From: an uncultured bacterium | Lineage (GTDB): Bacteria; Actinomycetota; Actinomycetes; S36-B12 | Direction: 5' to 3' | Length of the DNA: 64,000 nucleotides | Assembly: GCA_963793105.1 (NCBI GenBank) | Contig: CAWBZB010000006.1 | Span: 146,727-210,726, forward strand | Part shown: in pieces, positions 9,249 to 18,680 of the stretch | How positions within the stretch are numbered: the first letter of the stretch is position 1 | Layout: each line of letters opens with the position of its first letter | Translations under genes and position numbers: made by a program | Notes under the pieces: model-generated | What the model was told of the DNA's origin: nothing | The model's database searches: none | The model's input: only the letters and a program-made list of their open reading frames with translations

Positions 9249-10274
9249 CTATCCGAAGAAGGACTTCGCCTCCTCGTATCGCTCGATCGGCACGGTCTTC
9301 AGGACGCCCGTGGCCTCCTGGAGCGGGACCCGGACGATGTCGGTGCCCTGGAGGGCCACCATGGTGCCCCAGGCCTCGTCCTTGACTGCCGTGATGGCGT
9401 TCAGGCCGAACCGGGTCGCGAGGACGCGGTCGAACGCGGTCGGGCTCCCGCCGCGCTGGATGTGCCCGAGGACGGTCGTGCGCGCCTCGTGTCCGGTGCG
9501 CTCCTCGACCTGCTGGGCGATCCACTCGCCGATGCCGGACAGTTTCACGTGCCCGAACGAGTCCAGGGACTGGTCCTTCGTCACGAGCTGGCCTCCCTTG
9601 GGCAGTGCGCCCTCGGCGACGACGATGATCGGTGCGTAGCTCTGCTGGAAACGGGACTCCACCCAGCCCACGACCTCGTCGAGGTCGAACTCGACCTCGG
9701 GGATGAGGATCGCGTTCGCGCCACCGGCCATGCCGGAGTGCAGCGCGATCCAACCCGCATGCCGACCCATGACCTCGCAGATCAGGATGCGGTGATGCGA
9801 CTCCGCCGTCGTGTGCAGTCGATCGATGGCCTCGGTCGCGATGCTGACGGCAGTGTCGAAGCCGAAGGTGTAGTCGGTCCCGCTCAGGTCGTTGTCGATC
9901 GTCTTGGGCACGCCGATCACGTGGAAGCCGTGCTCGGTCAGCGTCGTGGCGACGCCGAGGGTGTCCTCGCCGCCGATGGCGATCAGCGCGTCGATACCGA
10001 GCTTCTCGAGGTTCTCCTCGGTGCGCTCGATGCCGCCGTCGATCTTCACCAGGTTGGTGCGGGAACTGCCGAGGATGGTGCCGCCACGAGGCAGGATGCC
10101 GCGCACCTGCGGAATCCCCAGTTCCATGGTCAGGCCTTCGAGCGGACCCTTCCAGCCGTCGCGGAAGCCGACGAACTCGTAGCCGTACTCCGACACGCCA
10201 CGACGGACGAGGCCGCGGATCACCGCGTTCAGGCCTGGGCAGTCTCCGCCACCGGTAAGCACTCCGACGCGCAT
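9249..10274 (-). CDS. pfkA: 6-phosphofructokinase (PFK-A family)
   Basis: MRVGVLTGGGDCPGLNAVIRG and IGGEDTLGVA, PKTIDNDL motifs. Confidence 0.9.
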   Translation of the reverse strand: MRVGVLTGGGDCPGLNAVIRGLVRRGVSEYGYEFVGFRDGWKGPLEGLTMELGIPQVRGILPRGGTILGSSRTNLVKIDGGIERTEENLEKLGIDALIAIGGEDTLGVATTLTEHGFHVIGVPKTIDNDLSGTDYTFGFDTAVSIATEAIDRLHTTAESHHRILICEVMGRHAGWIALHSGMAGGANAILIPEVEFDLDEVVGWVESRFQQSYAPIIVVAEGALPKGGQLVTKDQSLDSFGHVKLSGIGEWIAQQVEERTGHEARTTVLGHIQRGGSPTAFDRVLATRFGLNAITAVKDEAWGTMVALQGTDIVRVPLQEATGVLKTVPIERYEEAKSFFG

Positions 10275-10437
10275 GGGTCACGCACCCTTTCGTGAACGGG
10301 CTCGTGGCCCGGATCCCGCCGGGTGCGGTCCACCCGACTCGAGACTCCAAGCGTAGCCGCGGCTGCAAGCGCTGTCACGGCCAGCGAGGGTGGGCCGTGG
10401 CTCCGCGCAGGCCGGCCGCGGGAACTAGGGTCGGAGC

Positions 10438-11913
10438 ATGCCCGCCATCCTCGCGATCGACGCCGGCACGACCGGGATCACCGCCCTGGTCGTGGACGGG
10501 AACGCGACCGTTCTCGCCCGCGGCTACCAGGAGTTCCCGCAGCACTTCCCGGCCGATGGCTGGGTCGAGCACGACCTCGGTGAGATGTGGTCGGCGACGC
10601 TGGCCGCGACCAGGCAGGTGCTCGCCGCGGTCGACGTCGAGCTCGTGGCCGTCGGCATCACGAACCAGCGAGAGACCGCCTGCCTGTGGGACCGAGAGAC
10701 CCTCGGGGCACCACGCCGGGCCATCGTCTGGCAGGACCGCCGCACGGCCAGCCTGTGCGAGACCCTGCGCGAGGACGGTCACGAGCCGACGATCACCGAG
10801 CTCACCGGACTGCGGCTGGACCCGTACTTCACCGCCACGAAGCTCGCCTGGATCCGCTCGAACGACCCGCATGCGTGGAGCGGGGTCGAGTCCGGCCGCA
10901 CCGCCGTCGGCACCGTGGACTCCTACCTGGTCGCCCGCATGACCCGCGGCCTGTCCCACATCACCGACGCGACCAATGCCTCGCGGACCCTGCTCTACGA
11001 CCTGCAGACCGGCGCGTGGAGCGAGGAGCTCTGCGCCGTCTTCGGTGTCCCGATCGAGTCGCTCCCGGAGATCGTGCCGTCGTACGGATCACTCGCGCGC
11101 ACGGATCCGGACGCCTTTCTGGGCCTGGACCTGCCGATCGCCGGCATCGCGGGCGACCAGCAGGCCGCCCTCGTCGGACAGGCCGGCTTCACGGTCGGGT
11201 CCGCGAAGTGCACCTACGGGACGGGGTCGTTCCTCCTCGTGCACACGGGCGACCGGATCCGGCGCTCCGGGCACGGGCTGCTCACCACAGTGGCTCTGGC
11301 TCATCCCGACGGTCGGCGAGACTTCGCCCTCGAGGGAGCGGTGTTCGTGACCGGGGCCGCGGTGCAGTGGCTGCGGGACGGTCTGGGGATCATCGACTCC
11401 GCCAGCGAGATCGAGGCCCTCGCCGCCAGCGTGCCGGACTCCGGAGGCGTGGTGTTCGTGCCGGCCCTCACCGGCCTCGGCGCCCCCGAATGGGACCCGA
11501 CCGCGCGCGGGCTGATCATCGGCATCACCCGCGGCACGACCCGGGCACATGTGGCCCGGGCCACCCTCGACGCCATCGCGTTCCAGGTTCGCGACATCGT
11601 CGACCTGATGCGGCGCGACGGCGGGGTCACCCTCCATCGGCTCTCCATCGACGGGGGCGCGGCCGTCAACGACCTGCTGTGCCAGCTGCAGGCCGACGCC
11701 GTGCGCCTCCTCGTCGATCGTTCCGCTGAGCTGCAGACGACGGGGCTCGGGGCCGCCTTCCTCGCGGGCCTGGGCGTGGGCGTATGGCCGTCGACCGATG
11801 CGCTCGCCAGCACGCGGCGGTCGTCGGGGATGTTCGAGCCCGGACCCATCGACCAGGTGATGCACGACCGATGGCGCGAGGCGGTCGCCCGCAGCCGTCG
11901 CTGGTCGACCTAG
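10438..11913 (+). CDS. glpK: glycerol kinase (FGGY family)
   Basis: ILAIDAGTTG..., GWVEHD, NQRET, IAGDQQAAL motifs. GGAG Shine-Dalgarno sequence upstream. Confidence 0.9.
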   Translation: MPAILAIDAGTTGITALVVDGNATVLARGYQEFPQHFPADGWVEHDLGEMWSATLAATRQVLAAVDVELVAVGITNQRETACLWDRETLGAPRRAIVWQDRRTASLCETLREDGHEPTITELTGLRLDPYFTATKLAWIRSNDPHAWSGVESGRTAVGTVDSYLVARMTRGLSHITDATNASRTLLYDLQTGAWSEELCAVFGVPIESLPEIVPSYGSLARTDPDAFLGLDLPIAGIAGDQQAALVGQAGFTVGSAKCTYGTGSFLLVHTGDRIRRSGHGLLTTVALAHPDGRRDFALEGAVFVTGAAVQWLRDGLGIIDSASEIEALAASVPDSGGVVFVPALTGLGAPEWDPTARGLIIGITRGTTRAHVARATLDAIAFQVRDIVDLMRRDGGVTLHRLSIDGGAAVNDLLCQLQADAVRLLVDRSAELQTTGLGAAFLAGLGVGVWPSTDALASTRRSSGMFEPGPIDQVMHDRWREAVARSRRWST

Positions 11914-11944
11914 CCGCGCCCTCGCCCTCGCGCTCTCGCCCTCG

Positions 11945-12006
11945 CGCGAGTGGCCACTTGTTGCTGCTCTTCGGGGCCTCGGAGCAGCAACGACTGGCCA
12001 CTCGCG
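11945..12006. repeat. REP-like palindromic element, copy 1 (also a likely bidirectional terminator between glpK and plsC)
   Basis: CGCGAGTGGCCACTTGTTGCTGCTC...GAGCAGCAACGACTGGCCACTCGCG, a 25-bp stem with 2 mismatches. Its right arm shares an identical 23-mer, GCAACGACTGGCCACTCGCGAGG, with the element at 40018-40079. Confidence 0.8.
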
Positions 12007-12009
12007 AGG

Positions 12010-12741
12010 TCAGTCGTCGTCGTCAGCGGCCGGGACCATGGATCGCGAGTCGGCCGGAGAGCCCTCGGCGATCAGTTCCTTGGCCCGCGTCGCATACATG
12101 TCGACGTACTCCTGGCCGGACAGCGACATGAGCTCGTACATGACCTCGTCGGTCACCGAGCGCAGGACGAAGCGGTCGTTCTGAAGCCCGTCGTAGCGAG
12201 TGAAGTCCAGCGGGCGCCCGATGCGTACGCCCACGCGGCGCAGGCTGGGGCGCAGTTGGCCGGGGGGCTGGATCTCGTACGTGTTGATCATCGCGACGGG
12301 GATGATCGGCACGTCTGCCTCCATCGCCATCCGCGCCACCCCGGTCTTGCCCCGGTACAGGGTCCCATTGGGTGAACGCGTCCCCTCGGGGTAGATACCC
12401 AGCAGGCTCCCCTCGCCCAGGATGCGCAACCCCGTTCGCAGCGCAGCCTCCGACGCGCGTCCGCCCGACCGGTCGACCGGCACCTGGCCCACGCCGGCGA
12501 AGAAGGCCTTGGTGAAGAAGCCCTTGACTCCCGTCCCGGTGAAGTAGTCGCTCTTGGCCAGGAAGGTGATCGGGCGCGGGACGACGAGGGGCAGGAAGAA
12601 GGAGTCCGAGAAGGACAGGTGGTTGCTGGCGAGGATCGCCGCGCCCTTGCCGGGCACGTGGTCCAGTCCTTCGACCCAGGGACGGAAGAGGACGCGGAGC
12701 CACGGGCCTACGATCAGGACCTTGAGGATCCAGTAGAGCAT
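12010..12741 (-). CDS. plsC: 1-acyl-sn-glycerol-3-phosphate acyltransferase
   Basis: HX4D motif NHLSFSD and YPEGTRS acyltransferase block. ATG 12741 chosen; the upstream ORF extension is not protein-like. Confidence 0.85.
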   Translation of the reverse strand: MLYWILKVLIVGPWLRVLFRPWVEGLDHVPGKGAAILASNHLSFSDSFFLPLVVPRPITFLAKSDYFTGTGVKGFFTKAFFAGVGQVPVDRSGGRASEAALRTGLRILGEGSLLGIYPEGTRSPNGTLYRGKTGVARMAMEADVPIIPVAMINTYEIQPPGQLRPSLRRVGVRIGRPLDFTRYDGLQNDRFVLRSVTDEVMYELMSLSGQEYVDMYATRAKELIAEGSPADSRSMVPAADDDD

Positions 12742-12814
12742 CGGCGCCCCTCCCTTCGAATGGCAGACTAGTGGGCGGCCGCCCGGTGCGAGCGGTCTGG
12801 ACGGAAGGAATCCC

Positions 12815-13561
12815 ATGACGGTCATGCCCGGCGCCGAGCCGTGGTCCGCTGACGGAAACGAGATCGGCGTCCTGCTCATCCACGGGTTCACCGGATCCCC
12901 CGCGTCGATGAAGCCCTGGGGGCGGGACCTCGCCGAGGAGGGCTGGACCGTTCGCGTGCCCCGACTGCCCGGACACGGCACGAAGTGGCAGGACGCGAAT
13001 CTCACCACCTGGCATGACTGGTACGCCGAGGCCGAGCGCAACCTGCTGGACCTTCAGTCCCGCTGCCGCACGGTCTTCGTCATGGGCCTGTCCATGGGTG
13101 GCTCGCTGGCGCTGCGCATGGCGGAGCTCCACGATGACGACATCGCCGGAATCGTGCTGGTCAACCCCGCCGTCCACACCGAGCGCTGGGACCGGCATCT
13201 GCTGCCGGTCCTCCAGCGTTTCGTGGGCTCCTTCCCCGGAATCAGCAACGACATCGCCAAGCCCGATCAGGACGAGATCGCCTACGACAAGATCCCGCTG
13301 AAGGCCGCATACTCCCTCTCCGAGCTGTGGAGGGTGACCAAGGCCGACCTCGGCCAGGTCACGCAGCCCGTCCTGCTCCTGCACAGTGCCGTCGACCATG
13401 TGGTGGAGCCCTCGAACTCCGAGTTCATCCTTGCCCACATCTCGTCCGCCGACGCCACCGAGGTGGTGCTGCAGGACTCCTTCCACGTCGCCACGCTCGA
13501 TCACGACGCGCCGATCATCGTTCGCGACTCCATTGCCTTCGTCAGGCGGCTCACGGCGTGA
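12815..13561 (+). CDS. alpha/beta hydrolase (esterase / lysophospholipase-like)
   Basis: HGFTGSP oxyanion region, GLSMGG nucleophile elbow, C-terminal His region. GGAAGGAA Shine-Dalgarno sequence. Confidence 0.8.
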   Translation: MTVMPGAEPWSADGNEIGVLLIHGFTGSPASMKPWGRDLAEEGWTVRVPRLPGHGTKWQDANLTTWHDWYAEAERNLLDLQSRCRTVFVMGLSMGGSLALRMAELHDDDIAGIVLVNPAVHTERWDRHLLPVLQRFVGSFPGISNDIAKPDQDEIAYDKIPLKAAYSLSELWRVTKADLGQVTQPVLLLHSAVDHVVEPSNSEFILAHISSADATEVVLQDSFHVATLDHDAPIIVRDSIAFVRRLTA

Positions 13562-13986
13562 GCACGCGAGGCTCCGACCTCCCCGAGCACGAGCAGCGTG
13601 CCTGGGATGCGATCGTCGCCGACCTCAGCGGGCAGATCGACCTCGGCCCGCAGTTCCCCAAGGAGAATTCCCTTCCCGCGCTGGCCGCGACCGGCGACCA
13701 TCCGGACCCGCTTGAGGAGCCGGTCGACCTGGACGACGACGACGATGAAGCGGGATTCGAGCCCCCGCACCCGCCGCCACTGCCGCGACCGTCGGACACC
13801 GTCGGACGCTTCGTCTGGGCGGCCGTCGCCGCGGGGCCGATCCTGGTGATTGCGACGAACCTGCTGAACTGGGACAGCTGGCTCGCCGGGCTGGGAGTGG
13901 CCCTCACCGTCGGCGGCTTCGCGGCACTCATCGCGCGAATGAAGGACGAACGCGAGGATGACGGGGACAACGGCGCCGTCGTCTGA
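13558..13986 (+). CDS. hypothetical membrane protein (acidic N-terminal region, two C-terminal TM helices)
   Basis: GTGA overlap with the upstream stop. LPEHEQRAWDAIVADL N-terminus, then an Asp-rich stretch and two hydrophobic helices. Confidence 0.5.
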   Translation: MSTRGSDLPEHEQRAWDAIVADLSGQIDLGPQFPKENSLPALAATGDHPDPLEEPVDLDDDDDEAGFEPPHPPPLPRPSDTVGRFVWAAVAAGPILVIATNLLNWDSWLAGLGVALTVGGFAALIARMKDEREDDGDNGAVV

Positions 13987-14047
13987 GCAGGAGCCCGCGC
14001 CGGAGTGCGACCGGGCCGCGATCAGAGGGATCGCAGCGCACGCGGCA

Positions 14048-14266
14048 TCAGGCCCGCGCATGCTCCTCGTAGTAGCCAGCGAGCCAGCCGACCTCGAAGC
14101 CGAAACTGGGGTCGTTCCGCTCGGCAGTGTCCATCAGGCGGACGTGGGTCTCAGGTGAGCTGAAGTAGGACCGCGGCGGTTCCACGGCCGACTTGCGGGC
14201 CGTCGCCTGGCCGTGGAGCCGGCCGGCGCAGAACTGCTTCCACCAGTCCTCGTCGATATCGGTCAT
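14048..14266 (-). CDS. hypothetical small protein (72 aa)
   Basis: ATG start and strong GC3 bias. No recognisable domain. Confidence 0.4.
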   Translation of the reverse strand: MTDIDEDWWKQFCAGRLHGQATARKSAVEPPRSYFSSPETHVRLMDTAERNDPSFGFEVGWLAGYYEEHARA

Positions 14267-14398
14267 CGTCGCCCCTCGGTCAGTCGTGGCAAGGCGACGC
14301 TACGCTCCCGGATGCCGGTCTCCCCGGCGACACGCCCGGACAACTCGGGGCGGCCGGCCGCCCTCGTACGGCGCGGACGCCCAGGAGGGGGCCTCGGG

Positions 14399-15358
14399 CT
14401 ATCGTCCGCGGGGCTGCCGCACCAGATCGGCCGCGCCGACCAGCCCCGCTCGATTGGTCAGCTCGGCAGTCTTGACCAGCGGCGCCGGGCGGTTCTGCTG
14501 GCCGATGAGCTTGTCCGCCAGCGTCTGCCGCGCACTGGCCAGCAGCAGGTCGCCCGCGTCAGAGACCCCGCCGCCGATGACGAAGACCTCGGGATCGAGA
14601 ACGGCGGCCAGGTCTGCCAGGCCACGTCCGAGCCACGTCCCCACGATGGCGAACGCCTCCACGGCGATGGGATCGCCCGCGCGGGCCGCCTCCGTGACGT
14701 GTACGCCCTGCACACCCTCCGGCGTGCCGTCGCCGAGGGCCAGCAGCGCGCCCGCTTCCGACCGACGCTCGGCCGCCAGCGCGCGGGCCTCGCGGACGAG
14801 GGCGTTGCCGCTCGCATACTGCTCCAGGCACCCGAATCGGCCGCACCCGCAGGGTCGGCCATCCGGCACCGCGTTGATGTGGCCGATCTCCCCGGCAGCG
14901 CCGTGGGCCCCTCGGAAGAGGCCGCCGTCGATGACGATGCCGCCGCCGATTCCGGTTCCCACCGTTACCAGAGTCATCTCCGTCGTGCCCCGACCGGCAC
15001 CGAAGCGGTACTCGCCCCAGGCGGCGACATTGCCGTCGTTCTCGACGACGACGGGCAGCCCGGTGGACGCCTCCAGGAGCTGACGCACCGGCACCTGCGA
15101 CCAGCGCAGGTTCGGAGCGAAGTACACCCGTGAACGCTCGGCGTCCACCAGGCCCGCGACCCCGAGTCCGACACCCTCGAGCGGTTCGTCGGTTCCGGCT
15201 ACCAGCTCGTTGACCACCTCAGAGACCAGGTCGAGGACGTCGTTCGCGTCGTGCCGAGGAGTGGGCCGTCGGGCCGTGGAGACGATCTCTCCAGCCTCGG
15301 TCACCGTGCCCGCCAGGATCTTCGTTCCACCGATGTCGACGCCGATGCTCAGTCCCAC
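14399..15358 (-). CDS. glk: ROK-family glucokinase
   Basis: GVDIGGTK ATP-binding N-terminus and the ROK zinc motif CGCGRFGCLEQYASG. GTG 15358 chosen; the 430-aa ORF extension is Arg/Pro-rich junk. Confidence 0.85.
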   Translation of the reverse strand: MGLSIGVDIGGTKILAGTVTEAGEIVSTARRPTPRHDANDVLDLVSEVVNELVAGTDEPLEGVGLGVAGLVDAERSRVYFAPNLRWSQVPVRQLLEASTGLPVVVENDGNVAAWGEYRFGAGRGTTEMTLVTVGTGIGGGIVIDGGLFRGAHGAAGEIGHINAVPDGRPCGCGRFGCLEQYASGNALVREARALAAERRSEAGALLALGDGTPEGVQGVHVTEAARAGDPIAVEAFAIVGTWLGRGLADLAAVLDPEVFVIGGGVSDAGDLLLASARQTLADKLIGQQNRPAPLVKTAELTNRAGLVGAADLVRQPRGR

Positions 15359-15368
15359 GGCGCACAGC

Positions 15369-15782
15369 CTAGTCGCCGGCCGACGGACCTTCCTGCTCCC
15401 CGCGAATCGGGATCCAGGCGATCGGCGCCGCCTCGCGGGCACCCTCCTCGTCCGAGCCCTGCGCGAACGTCGCGGTGAGATCCCCGGAGTCCCCGACCAG
15501 CACCAGGGTCCGGCAGACCACGCACTGCGGGTGCTCGGCGGGGTCCTCGTGCTCGGCATGCGGAGCCATGACCTTCTCCGTCGCCCAGTCGACCATGCGT
15601 TGGGCGCCGGCCACCAGCAGTGTCCAGTCCATGCCGGCGCCGGAATCCTGACCCGTCTCGGGACCGTCACCTTCCGCGTCTGCATCCGCACCCGGCTCGT
15701 CGACGGGCTCGGCCGATGGTTCCGCGATCTCGCCGTCCTCTCCGGAGTACCACCAGGGCCGGTTCTCGCCGTCGCCGATCAT
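15369..15782 (-). CDS. acidic hypothetical protein with a CxxC motif (DUF5304-like)
   Basis: ATGA-coupled to the ArsA-like gene. Asp/Glu-rich, contains HPQCVVCRT. Confidence 0.5.
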   Translation of the reverse strand: MIGDGENRPWWYSGEDGEIAEPSAEPVDEPGADADAEGDGPETGQDSGAGMDWTLLVAGAQRMVDWATEKVMAPHAEHEDPAEHPQCVVCRTLVLVGDSGDLTATFAQGSDEEGAREAAPIAWIPIRGEQEGPSAGD

Positions 15783-16843
15783 GACGCGACCTCGGGCTGG
15801 CGCCACATCGCCGGGTCGGGCGCGAACCGGATCGCCAGGCCCTTCTGCGTGCGCGTCGCCTCCACGGCCCGGCACCGGCGCAGCACCGGTGGCAGGTCGA
15901 TCCACCGAGTGGCCCCGTCGAACTGCACCACGAGCTGGTCGGCCTGCCGTCCGACGCGAGCCTCGGTTCGGGCCGGACCCGCGAGCGGCACGTCCAACCT
16001 GAAATCCTCGTCCCCCACCGTGACGACCAGCTGCTCGGCGTCGAGGACGTGCACCCGGCCGATCGGCCCCATCGCCGACCGGCCCTTGGGCACGGGCCTG
16101 ATCCTGGCCGTTGAGGTCCAGACCTCCACTCCGTCGGCCGCGGCGGACATGGCGTGCAGGGCATCCTCGGCCCCTCGCCTGACCGCTTTCGGCCAACCGT
16201 CGGACTTGCGCGGGTACTTGTTGACGATGATCCCGTCGACGCCGACACCCAGCAGGGCGACCGCTCCGAGCGCGCGAGCCGTTCGCCGCACTGCCCCTTC
16301 GTCCGGCGTGGTGACCAGGCGCACGGTGGTAGCCGGATGCTGCAGCATCTTCGCCCAGCCGAGCACGACCAGCCGGAGTGCGGACAGGGACTCGAAGACG
16401 GTCTCGCCGCCAGTCGGTCCCGACGTGCGCCACATCGCCAGCCGCGGCGTCATCACGGCGTCGAGAAGCCGAGTGGCAGCAGCGGGCACATCGACGATGC
16501 TGCGCGCCGCCGATAGCGGACCGGCATCGACGACCACCACATCACTGCTCGCATCCGACAGCGCCTGGCTCATCCGCTGCAGGGCCGAGAGTGCGGTGAC
16601 CGCGGGCCAGGAGTACCACGCGGGAACGATGAGCGGGTCGGCGCCGAGCTCGGCGCCCAGTCGGCCCAGACTCGCCGTCAGCAGGGACACGACCGCGGCA
16701 TCCGGCTCGTCGGTCGCCCCCGCGTCGACGGCCGAGACCCTCAGGCCCTCGGCTTCCAGCGCGGCCGCCGTGGCCGCGCAGAGGGTCGTCGTTCCCGCCC
16801 CTCCTACCCCGCTAAGCAGGATCAGACGAGCGCGATTCGACAC
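15779..16843 (-). CDS. ArsA/GET3-like ATPase family protein
   Basis: Deviant P-loop LLSGVGGAGTTT at the N-terminus, 354 aa. The start may lie slightly downstream, because GTG 16843 overlaps the upstream gene by 32 nt. Confidence 0.7.
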   Translation of the reverse strand: MSNRARLILLSGVGGAGTTTLCAATAAALEAEGLRVSAVDAGATDEPDAAVVSLLTASLGRLGAELGADPLIVPAWYSWPAVTALSALQRMSQALSDASSDVVVVDAGPLSAARSIVDVPAAATRLLDAVMTPRLAMWRTSGPTGGETVFESLSALRLVVLGWAKMLQHPATTVRLVTTPDEGAVRRTARALGAVALLGVGVDGIIVNKYPRKSDGWPKAVRRGAEDALHAMSAAADGVEVWTSTARIRPVPKGRSAMGPIGRVHVLDAEQLVVTVGDEDFRLDVPLAGPARTEARVGRQADQLVVQFDGATRWIDLPPVLRRCRAVEATRTQKGLAIRFAPDPAMWRQPEVAS

Positions 16844-17267
16844 GCTTCTTCAACCCCTTGAGAGCGGTATCGACGATGACCTTCTCGGCCTTGCGCTTGA
16901 TCATCCCGATCATCGGGATCTTGACATCGACCGCGAGCCGGTAGTTGACCGTGGTCGTGCCATCCCCGTTGTCCTTCAGCACGTAGCTGCCGTCCATCGC
17001 CGTCAGCATGTCGCCCTTCGTCAGGGTCCACGACACCTTGCTGTCGCCCTCCCAGTCGTACTCGAGCTCGTAGTCGTCCTTGATCGCCCCGGAGGACAGG
17101 CTGAAGTGGGCGTCGGCGGGTCGATCATCGTCCTCGTAGACGCTCAGCACCTTCACGGAGGTGATGCCATCGCTCCACTCCGGGTAGGCGGGCAGGTCCG
17201 CGATGACGGCCATGATGACGGCGGGGCTGGCGGTGATGTCGATGCTGGACTCGGTCTGGTCGGCCAT
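16812..17267 (-). CDS. SRPBCC (polyketide cyclase/dehydrase-like) protein, TB16.3/Rv2185c-like
   Basis: 151 aa with the ITASPAVIMAVIADLPAYPEW N-terminus typical of this family. Syntenic position. Confidence 0.75.
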   Translation of the reverse strand: MADQTESSIDITASPAVIMAVIADLPAYPEWSDGITSVKVLSVYEDDDRPADAHFSLSSGAIKDDYELEYDWEGDSKVSWTLTKGDMLTAMDGSYVLKDNGDGTTTVNYRLAVDVKIPMIGMIKRKAEKVIVDTALKGLKKRVESRSSDPA

Positions 17268-17276
17268 GCCGACAGG

Positions 17277-18644
17277 CTATCGCTCGATCGGCGCCGCTGG
17301 ATCTGATCCGGTCCGCGAACCGGCGGTGATCTCCTCGACCGCCTCCAGCGCCGCGTCGGCGAACGCAGCGGTCTCGGCGTCCGTCACGGCGAGGCTGAGG
17401 GCCATGAAGCCCCGCTGGGCCAGGTAGAAGCCCCGCTCGAGCAGCCCGAGGAAGAGCAGCTCTCGCAGTCGAGGATCAGCGGCCTCGAGGTCCGCGGTGC
17501 TGAGCACCGGTCCCGGCACCGGGTGCAGGGCCAGGATGGAGCCACGGCCGGTGGCCGTCCACCCGGAGCCCCGGAGTCCGGCATTGAGTCGGGCCCGCAG
17601 CCGTTCACCCCGGTCGTTGAGGTCGGACAGTCCCTGGTCCGTGAGCACCTCGGTCAATCCGGCCAGTCCGGCTGCCAGGGACAGGACGTTGTTGTTGAAG
17701 GTGCCGGCATGCGGCAGTGCTCCTGGGACACTCGGGTCGAACAAGGACATCACGTCGGCCCGACCGCCGAAGGCTCCGAAGGACAGTCCCCCGCCGAGGT
17801 ACTTGCCCAGCGTCAGGAGATCCGGGCTCAACCCGAGGTCGTGGGCCAGCCCGCGAAACCCCAGTCGCGACGTCATCACCTCGTCGACGATGAGGAGTGC
17901 ACCCACCTCATGAGCCGCCTCCTGGAGTGCATGCAGGAAGGCGGGGGTGCCGGGGATGCAGCCGCCCGAGCCGAGCATCGGCTCCACGAGCACCGCGGCC
18001 AGCCCTGCACCTGCAGCCGCGATCATCCGGCGGGCGGCGTCGGCATCGTTGTACGGGACCACGACCGTCTCGTACGGCGCGTTGACGGGCGACCCTCCTC
18101 CTCCGAAATACAGCAGGCCGCCGTGGTAGCCGCCGAGCATGACGGCGATGGCCGATCTCCCCGTGTAGACGCGCGCCAGCGCGACCGCCATGAGGTTCGC
18201 CTCTGTTCCCGAGTTCGTGAAGCGCACGAGGTCCAGCGACGGGAAGCGATCGACGATGGCGCGGGCGAGCCTGGGCTCGTAGGTGTTGTGGGCGCCGAAG
18301 CTGAGCCCGTCGGCAAGCGCCGAGGTGATGGCTGCCCGGATCCTGGGATCGTCATGGCCGTACAGCCCCGCGGTGTACTCGCCCAGGAGATCCACGTACT
18401 CGTTGCCGTCCACGTCGACAATGCGGGAGCCGTGCGCACGCGCCACGCGAAGGGGGAAGGGCGCGTGGTAGATGACCGATCGCGTGTTCCCACCGGGCAG
18501 GACGGACCGCGCCTCCCGGTCCAGCTGCGCGCTGCCGGGGTGCGCACGCGCATAGGAGGTCCGGGCCGCATCGACCCGGGCGTCAAGGGAGCTGCCGGAC
18601 GTCGTACTCGTCACGCGCCGATCGTACGGCCGGCAGGACGGCAA
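17277..18644 (-). CDS. class-III PLP-dependent aminotransferase (glutamate-1-semialdehyde aminomutase-like)
   Basis: LPGGNTRS, VDVDGNEYVDLLGEYTAGLYGH, LIVDEVMTSR motifs. The start could be TTG 18644 or GTG 18614. Confidence 0.8.
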   Translation of the reverse strand: MPSCRPYDRRVTSTTSGSSLDARVDAARTSYARAHPGSAQLDREARSVLPGGNTRSVIYHAPFPLRVARAHGSRIVDVDGNEYVDLLGEYTAGLYGHDDPRIRAAITSALADGLSFGAHNTYEPRLARAIVDRFPSLDLVRFTNSGTEANLMAVALARVYTGRSAIAVMLGGYHGGLLYFGGGGSPVNAPYETVVVPYNDADAARRMIAAAGAGLAAVLVEPMLGSGGCIPGTPAFLHALQEAAHEVGALLIVDEVMTSRLGFRGLAHDLGLSPDLLTLGKYLGGGLSFGAFGGRADVMSLFDPSVPGALPHAGTFNNNVLSLAAGLAGLTEVLTDQGLSDLNDRGERLRARLNAGLRGSGWTATGRGSILALHPVPGPVLSTADLEAADPRLRELLFLGLLERGFYLAQRGFMALSLAVTDAETAAFADAALEAVEEITAGSRTGSDPAAPIER

Positions 18645-18680
18645 CAGTCAGGGCCGGAGCTCAGAGGTCAACGTCGGAGC

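Noticed and set aside
8013-10295. 760-aa plus-strand ORF. Other very long ORFs of the same kind include 5948-7543(-), 15210-17306(+), 27584-28411(-), 28324-30093(-), 30528-32072(-), 34462-36282(+), 50303-52099(-), 57027-59123(-) and 58462-60336(-).
   Set aside because: All lie antisense to, or out of frame with, genes that have clear homology (aroG/pfkA, ctaD, qcrAB, sucB and others). Their translations are Arg/Gly/Pro/Asp-rich and non-protein-like. They are stop-codon-poor shadow frames, expected at about 70% GC.
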